Source: an uncultured delta proteobacterium (lineage in GTDB: Bacteria > Myxococcota_A > Polyangia > Fen-1088). Taken from it: 64,000 nucleotides of DNA. The notes under the pieces were generated by a model. It searched no databases. It had not been told where the DNA came from and saw only the letters and a list, made by a program, of their open reading frames with translations. A program made the translations under genes and the position numbers. Positions 59,580-64,000 of the stretch are shown piece by piece (position 1 is the stretch's first letter; each line of letters begins with the position of its first letter). The stretch spans positions 192,001 to 256,000 of the forward strand of contig CAVTRY010000023.1 in NCBI GenBank assembly GCA_963737265.1. Reading direction: 5' to 3'.

Positions 59580-62210
59580 CTATCGATAGGGCTCGAACTG
59601 GCGGCGCCACGAGAAGTTTGGGGCTTCATTGTGGGTGCGGAGGAGTCCGGTGTTCTCGCCGTGGGGTATGATGTCGTATTTTTGCAAGCCCCAGAAATTC
59701 CCAAACGAGGGTTTGGCCTCGACCTCGATGTTCCACCGCGAGCCGAGGTCGTAGATGTCCTCCAGCCCGTTCGCGTTGGTGAAGCCGAAGGACATGAAAC
59801 GTCCAGCCTTGGAGCCCAAGGTAAGCCAATCGAAGAAATCCTGACTTTGGAGCAATGGAATGGTGAAGATCGAAGTCGGTGGTAGTTTGGGGTTCTTTGG
59901 CTGGCGCTCAAGCGCAATCCTGATCCACCCATGAGCGAGTGAAGGCTTTCCGAAAAGGGCAATGTCCATTCCGTCAACAAGTTGGGGAGGAAAATGTTGG
60001 TGAAAGGTGAGGTTTATGGTGTGCTGGCACGTCGTCGCCTGCGCCCGTTCGAAAGGTTCGACGGCAATCTCCTTGAACACCTGGTCTTTCATCACGTGCA
60101 GGTAGTCCACCGCGACGGCCAGCCTGGGCTTGGTTTTGTCGAGCGTGGGGTACACGGGCTCGATGCTGGTCACATCGCCGGTGTCCGAGATGGTCACCAT
60201 CGTGCCCGAGGGGCGGTCGCTGCCATATTCGCCGAACGTGGCGCCACCGCCATAGAACCCGTCGAAGTTGATGCGCGGGAGCGGACCCGCGGAATCCGAC
60301 ACGATGATAGGTGGGCGGCCATTGATACGAGGCGCTGGATTGACGACCCCGCTCGGACTCCGCATGCCGTAGGCCTCGGTTGGGTAGCCTTTGTCGTCAG
60401 CCGCTCCGAGCAGGTACATACTCTTGCGGTGCGAGTGGCCGGAAAACCCGCATGACGTGATTTTGCTGTCGGCCATCTGCTTGTACAGTTCGGATCGCCG
60501 CTTTTCGAAGGTGCCGAAGTCGTATTTGCCAAAGGGGGCTCCGCCGCGAAGGAGCCCAGTGCCACCGACATCCACGTGGCCTAGGGTCGGACCCTCGCCA
60601 TAGGAAACGGTCTCGACGTAGCTCACGAAGGTGAAGTGGCTCATGAGTACGGTCTTCTTGCCCGCGGTTGCATCGGGCTTGGCTAGCGCGAGCTGCGCAG
60701 CGGTGACCGCCTCGTTGGCGCGCGGAAGGTGTCCCAACAGACCACCCTGGCCGAGCGACCCCGGCAAGCTCACTGATTCTTCGCTTTCGCCCCAGCCCAA
60801 CCCGACGAGAAGAATCTTGGGCAGCTGCAGGTTGAAATCCGAGAAGGGGGTCAGGACGGCATAGAACCACTCGTAGTATTGCGGATCGAAGAGCTCCCCC
60901 AAGGCAACGCTGTCCCAAGATTCGCCGAAGGCCAGCATGGCCTCGTAAAAGGTCAGGTTGTGGTCGGCCGGGATGCCTTCGTTGGCCTTCTTCAAACCCA
61001 GAAGAAGCCTTGGCGAGATGCCGTAGATGTGGTTCTTCTTGTAGCAATCGTGGTTTCCCGTCACCGCGAACGCCGGTTTGCCTTTGCTCGCGCAGAAGTT
61101 CCGGATCGCCGTGAAGAAGGCGATGTAGTCGACGTAGGATTGGTAGTTGCGTTTGTAGTTGTTGTCGACGTCGACCAGATCCCAGATGGCGGCGGCGCTT
61201 GGAGAGCGCAGCTTTTCCGCGCCGACGCCGTTGTGATAGGGGAAGGCATTGTCGACGTGCTCGATAAGGTCGCCGCCGACGAGCAGCACGTCGATGCCCT
61301 TGTTGTCGAGGGCATCGAGGATCGACAGAAATGAACGCTCGAAGGTGTTCATCATCGAGCCGATAACTGGCGATTCCGCGGTTCCGGATTCGGCATCGAT
61401 CACGCGGGCGGGGCTTTTGGCCAAGAGCTTCTGCCGGGCGTTGATGTGGATATCGGTGACATGCCCGAGGTTGAGCATCTGCAAGGATCCTGCCGCGTAC
61501 ACATAGAGCGGGTGATAGGCCACGATGCGCTGGTCGAGGTCGACCCGCGAGTAATCCACACCCTCGCCGTCGAGCTCGAATTCGTGCGTGCCGAAGCCGC
61601 CGCTGCCTTGCAGGGCCGGGCCGTTCAGGCGCTTAAAAACCTTGCGTATCTGGAGGTCCTGATATTCGGAATTCCCTGAACCGTCGTCCGCGCCAGGGCT
61701 GCCCGCTCCCTGCGAAGCTGCCGCCAGGCAAGACTCGTGTACCTGGATGGCGTAGAAACCGTCCAGCTCCTTGGGCAGCCAGTTGGAAACCGTGTCGTGC
61801 AGGACGCCACGAAAGATCCCCTTGGTCTTGAGCTGGCCGACTGCATCGCGCTCCACCGGCTCGACCGCGATCTTGCCCGTGGGATCGTCGAACAAATCGT
61901 CGTCCGTCACGCGTTTCTTGGCATCGAGGCCGGGCGCGAATTTGAGGTGGCGGTTTACGTCGTCGATGGCGAGGGCGGGCGACTTGGGCGCGGCCACCAG
62001 GAGCTCGATCATGCCCTTGTTCTCGCCGCGCACGTGCAGGTTGGGCGTCAGCAGCGAGGGAAACAGCACCACTGCCGGAATGTTCGGTCGCGTGTCGATG
62101 GTGTTGAGGTGCTCGGGGGCGACCTGGAATTTGCCCTGCGACGGATCGGGTCGCGACACGAACGAGAAGGCTCGCCACACCAGGTTGTAGATATCGGGTT
62201 TACTGGCCAT
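59580..62210 (-). CDS. Large calcineurin-like metallophosphoesterase, putative secreted effector
   Basis: All five motifs are present: TDIH, GGDL, GNHD, SH, GHSH. No signal peptide; followed by the paralog array. Confidence 0.8.
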   Translation of the reverse strand: MASKPDIYNLVWRAFSFVSRPDPSQGKFQVAPEHLNTIDTRPNIPAVVLFPSLLTPNLHVRGENKGMIELLVAAPKSPALAIDDVNRHLKFAPGLDAKKRVTDDDLFDDPTGKIAVEPVERDAVGQLKTKGIFRGVLHDTVSNWLPKELDGFYAIQVHESCLAAASQGAGSPGADDGSGNSEYQDLQIRKVFKRLNGPALQGSGGFGTHEFELDGEGVDYSRVDLDQRIVAYHPLYVYAAGSLQMLNLGHVTDIHINARQKLLAKSPARVIDAESGTAESPVIGSMMNTFERSFLSILDALDNKGIDVLLVGGDLIEHVDNAFPYHNGVGAEKLRSPSAAAIWDLVDVDNNYKRNYQSYVDYIAFFTAIRNFCASKGKPAFAVTGNHDCYKKNHIYGISPRLLLGLKKANEGIPADHNLTFYEAMLAFGESWDSVALGELFDPQYYEWFYAVLTPFSDFNLQLPKILLVGLGWGESEESVSLPGSLGQGGLLGHLPRANEAVTAAQLALAKPDATAGKKTVLMSHFTFVSYVETVSYGEGPTLGHVDVGGTGLLRGGAPFGKYDFGTFEKRRSELYKQMADSKITSCGFSGHSHRKSMYLLGAADDKGYPTEAYGMRSPSGVVNPAPRINGRPPIIVSDSAGPLPRINFDGFYGGGATFGEYGSDRPSGTMVTISDTGDVTSIEPVYPTLDKTKPRLAVAVDYLHVMKDQVFKEIAVEPFERAQATTCQHTINLTFHQHFPPQLVDGMDIALFGKPSLAHGWIRIALERQPKNPKLPPTSIFTIPLLQSQDFFDWLTLGSKAGRFMSFGFTNANGLEDIYDLGSRWNIEVEAKPSFGNFWGLQKYDIIPHGENTGLLRTHNEAPNFSWRRQFEPYR

Positions 62211-62219
62211 GTGTTTTTC

Positions 62220-63326
62220 CTAGCGGGTGGGGAAGCGGGCGCCCGGGCCATAGCTTAGCCCATCGGCTCGCACGACAAGGTCAGGGGCATAAGAAACTCG
62301 TTCCAGCACCAGGCCCTGCACGCGCGCTTCTTGCAACCCCAGGACCGTGGTTAGTTGGGTGTCGCGGATGGCGAGGCCGTCCACCGAGCTTCGGCCGAGG
62401 TCGAGGCCGGCCAGGCACGAACGCTCGATGCTGTTGTTATCCGCGATGGTACAGCCCTGCCAAAAGGCGCCGTCGATGAAGCTGTCGCTGACCATGAGAT
62501 TGTCGATGTTGGCGTGGCCAAAGGAAACCAGGCCCAGGGTCGGACAGCGGTCGATGGCGAGGCCCGCGACCTTGCCGCCCGCCACCGCGACACCGACCAA
62601 TTCGCCGCAACCGAGCAGACTTAGGCCCGTGCTGCTCACCTCGGTCAGGCGCAAGGCGCGTCCGTGAATTTGGTCGAAGGTGAGGGCGACCCATGTCCCG
62701 AGCACGAAATCCAGACCGTCGACCAGAGCACTTTGCACCAGCATTCCCCGCCCCCGTGCCGCGGTGAATGTCACGCCCGCAAGGGTTCCCCCGACCACGG
62801 CCACATCCTCGATCTGGGCGTGGTCGAAGCGCGTACCGCGTAGCTCCGGCGTCAGGAGTCGCAGGTTGCCAAACTGCGAGCGCAAGAAACTGCCACCGCG
62901 GTCTACGAGCGACTGGAATTCGGCGCGCTCGAACAGCGAATCCTTCCAGGTACAGCCTTGCAAGTTGAGCTCTGCCGCGCTGGAGTCCACGATGCGGACG
63001 CGGCCCATCTGACAAAAGTCGAATCCGCAGCGCTCCAGGCGCGAGCGTTCGAAACCCACGTCGTCGAAGGTACAGGCGGTGAACGTCACCTCGTGCAGCG
63101 CCGCCCGCGCAAATGCGGTTGCCGACAGCCTGGTGTTGTGGAAGTCGACCCCGGCAAAGCGCACGCCGTGGAACCCCTGGTCCCGGATTTCTAGACCCTG
63201 GACGCTGCGGTCCTGAAAGACGATCGGCCCCTTCTTGCTGGCTTCGGCCAAGAAGACCGGGTCGATTAGCAGCCGCTGCTCTTCGTCGGTGAGGGGTGGT
63301 CGGGCGGAGGGATTGGGGGGCGCCAT
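62220..63326 (-). CDS. Pentapeptide repeat protein
   Basis: Regular 5-residue F/L periodicity (FAGVDFHNTRLSATAF...). Confidence 0.85.
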   Translation of the reverse strand: MAPPNPSARPPLTDEEQRLLIDPVFLAEASKKGPIVFQDRSVQGLEIRDQGFHGVRFAGVDFHNTRLSATAFARAALHEVTFTACTFDDVGFERSRLERCGFDFCQMGRVRIVDSSAAELNLQGCTWKDSLFERAEFQSLVDRGGSFLRSQFGNLRLLTPELRGTRFDHAQIEDVAVVGGTLAGVTFTAARGRGMLVQSALVDGLDFVLGTWVALTFDQIHGRALRLTEVSSTGLSLLGCGELVGVAVAGGKVAGLAIDRCPTLGLVSFGHANIDNLMVSDSFIDGAFWQGCTIADNNSIERSCLAGLDLGRSSVDGLAIRDTQLTTVLGLQEARVQGLVLERVSYAPDLVVRADGLSYGPGARFPTR

Positions 63327-63359
63327 GGGTTCTCCTGCGGGCGGTTCGGCCGTGCCGGG

Positions 63360-64000
63360 TTACCTGCCGTGGGCCGCGTGGAGTGCGGCGAGGAAGTCGT
63401 CATCGACCACGTCTTGGTCATCCAGCAGCTTGACCCAGCGGAAATGCGCGATGGCGGTGTGGGTGGCATCGTCGGCGTTTCCGTCGATCGGGCCCGTGTA
63501 GAAGCCGAGGTTCTGCAGGCGGGCTTGGATTCCCGAGGTGGTGTCGGACGGATCCAGTCCGCCCACGGCGAAATCGTAGGCAGCAAAGGGCTGGTCGGCG
63601 GCGCTCCCCGCGCGCGAGAGCTCGACGTGGACCTTGCTGGTATCGGGTGGCAAGTCGATTTCCAGTTTTCCGGTCGAAGGTAGCGTGCCCTCCACGGCGC
63701 CACCGGTGTCAGGGGTTGCCTTGAAGGTGACCGGGTTCTCCTCGCTGCACTTGACTCCGGCGAAGCGCACGCGCAGCACCTCGGCCGCGCCCTGCACGAC
63801 GTATTCAGCCGCGCCACCCGGGACCTCCGCCTCGCGCGCGAGCTTGCTCGGGATGGCGACCTTGTCGCCCGGCAAGAGGATGTGGGCGGTTCCGCGCAAC
63901 TTGCGCAGGTCTTCGTTCTTCGCAAAATCCCAAATGGTCTGCCAACGAATGAAGCCATGCGCCCGAGCGATCGTGGGCAACCGGTCGCCTTGCTCGACCG
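63360..64000 (-). CDS. LysM-like + peptidoglycan-binding domain protein (5'-truncated by window edge)
   Basis: IA..HGF..WQTIW....N...ILLPGD.V.IP and GIQARLQNLGFYTGPIDG motifs. Confidence 0.8.
   Translation of the reverse strand, partial: VEQGDRLPTIARAHGFIRWQTIWDFAKNEDLRKLRGTAHILLPGDKVAIPSKLAREAEVPGGAAEYVVQGAAEVLRVRFAGVKCSEENPVTFKATPDTGGAVEGTLPSTGKLEIDLPPDTSKVHVELSRAGSAADQPFAAYDFAVGGLDPSDTTSGIQARLQNLGFYTGPIDGNADDATHTAIAHFRWVKLLDDQDVVDDDFLAALHAAHGR

Noticed and set aside
49699-62210. Diversity-generating retroelement (template/variable repeats)
   Set aside because: No reverse transcriptase is present and differences between repeats are not confined to adenines.
1-64000. Numerous long Arg/Pro/Ala-rich overlapping ORFs in the six-frame track
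   Set aside because: They are shadow ORFs expected at high GC; they overlap well-supported genes and have no recognisable motifs.
1-64000. tRNA or rRNA genes
   Set aside because: No cloverleaf or rRNA-like sequence was recognised by eye; tRNAscan-SE and barrnap were not run.

Overview
GC-rich bacterial DNA whose gene content (eukaryote-like Ser/Thr kinases, roadblock/PATAN proteins, Bat-type MoxR operon, pentapeptide and peptidoglycan-binding genes) suggests Myxococcota; this assignment is inferred. Left to right: two Ser/Thr kinases flanking an AmiE-NamZ-like fusion; an MvhG/MvhA-like (group 3c-like) [NiFe]-hydrogenase operon that lacks mvhD/hdr in this window and instead carries REC-DUF4388, V4R, ferredoxin-V4R, roadblock, OmpA and coiled-coil-roadblock genes; a cobalamin riboswitch ahead of a TonB receptor, lipoprotein and hydrogenase protease; a 1.4 kb non-coding mosaic repeat; Pal/TolA-like genes; a two-component pair; a TauE-DUF1634 cassette bounded by duplicated batE 3' ends; a moxR-bat operon; IS3, ISKra4-like and IS21 elements with resolvable ends and target duplications; many truncated gene fragments; and an array of a large metallophosphoesterase (putative secreted effector) with four paralogous signal-peptide genes (putative immunity) separated by copies of the effector's 3' end. 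Several single-base frameshifts are probably sequencing or consensus errors; four share the same GCTCGAAC context. All family assignments come from motif recognition by eye, not from database searches.
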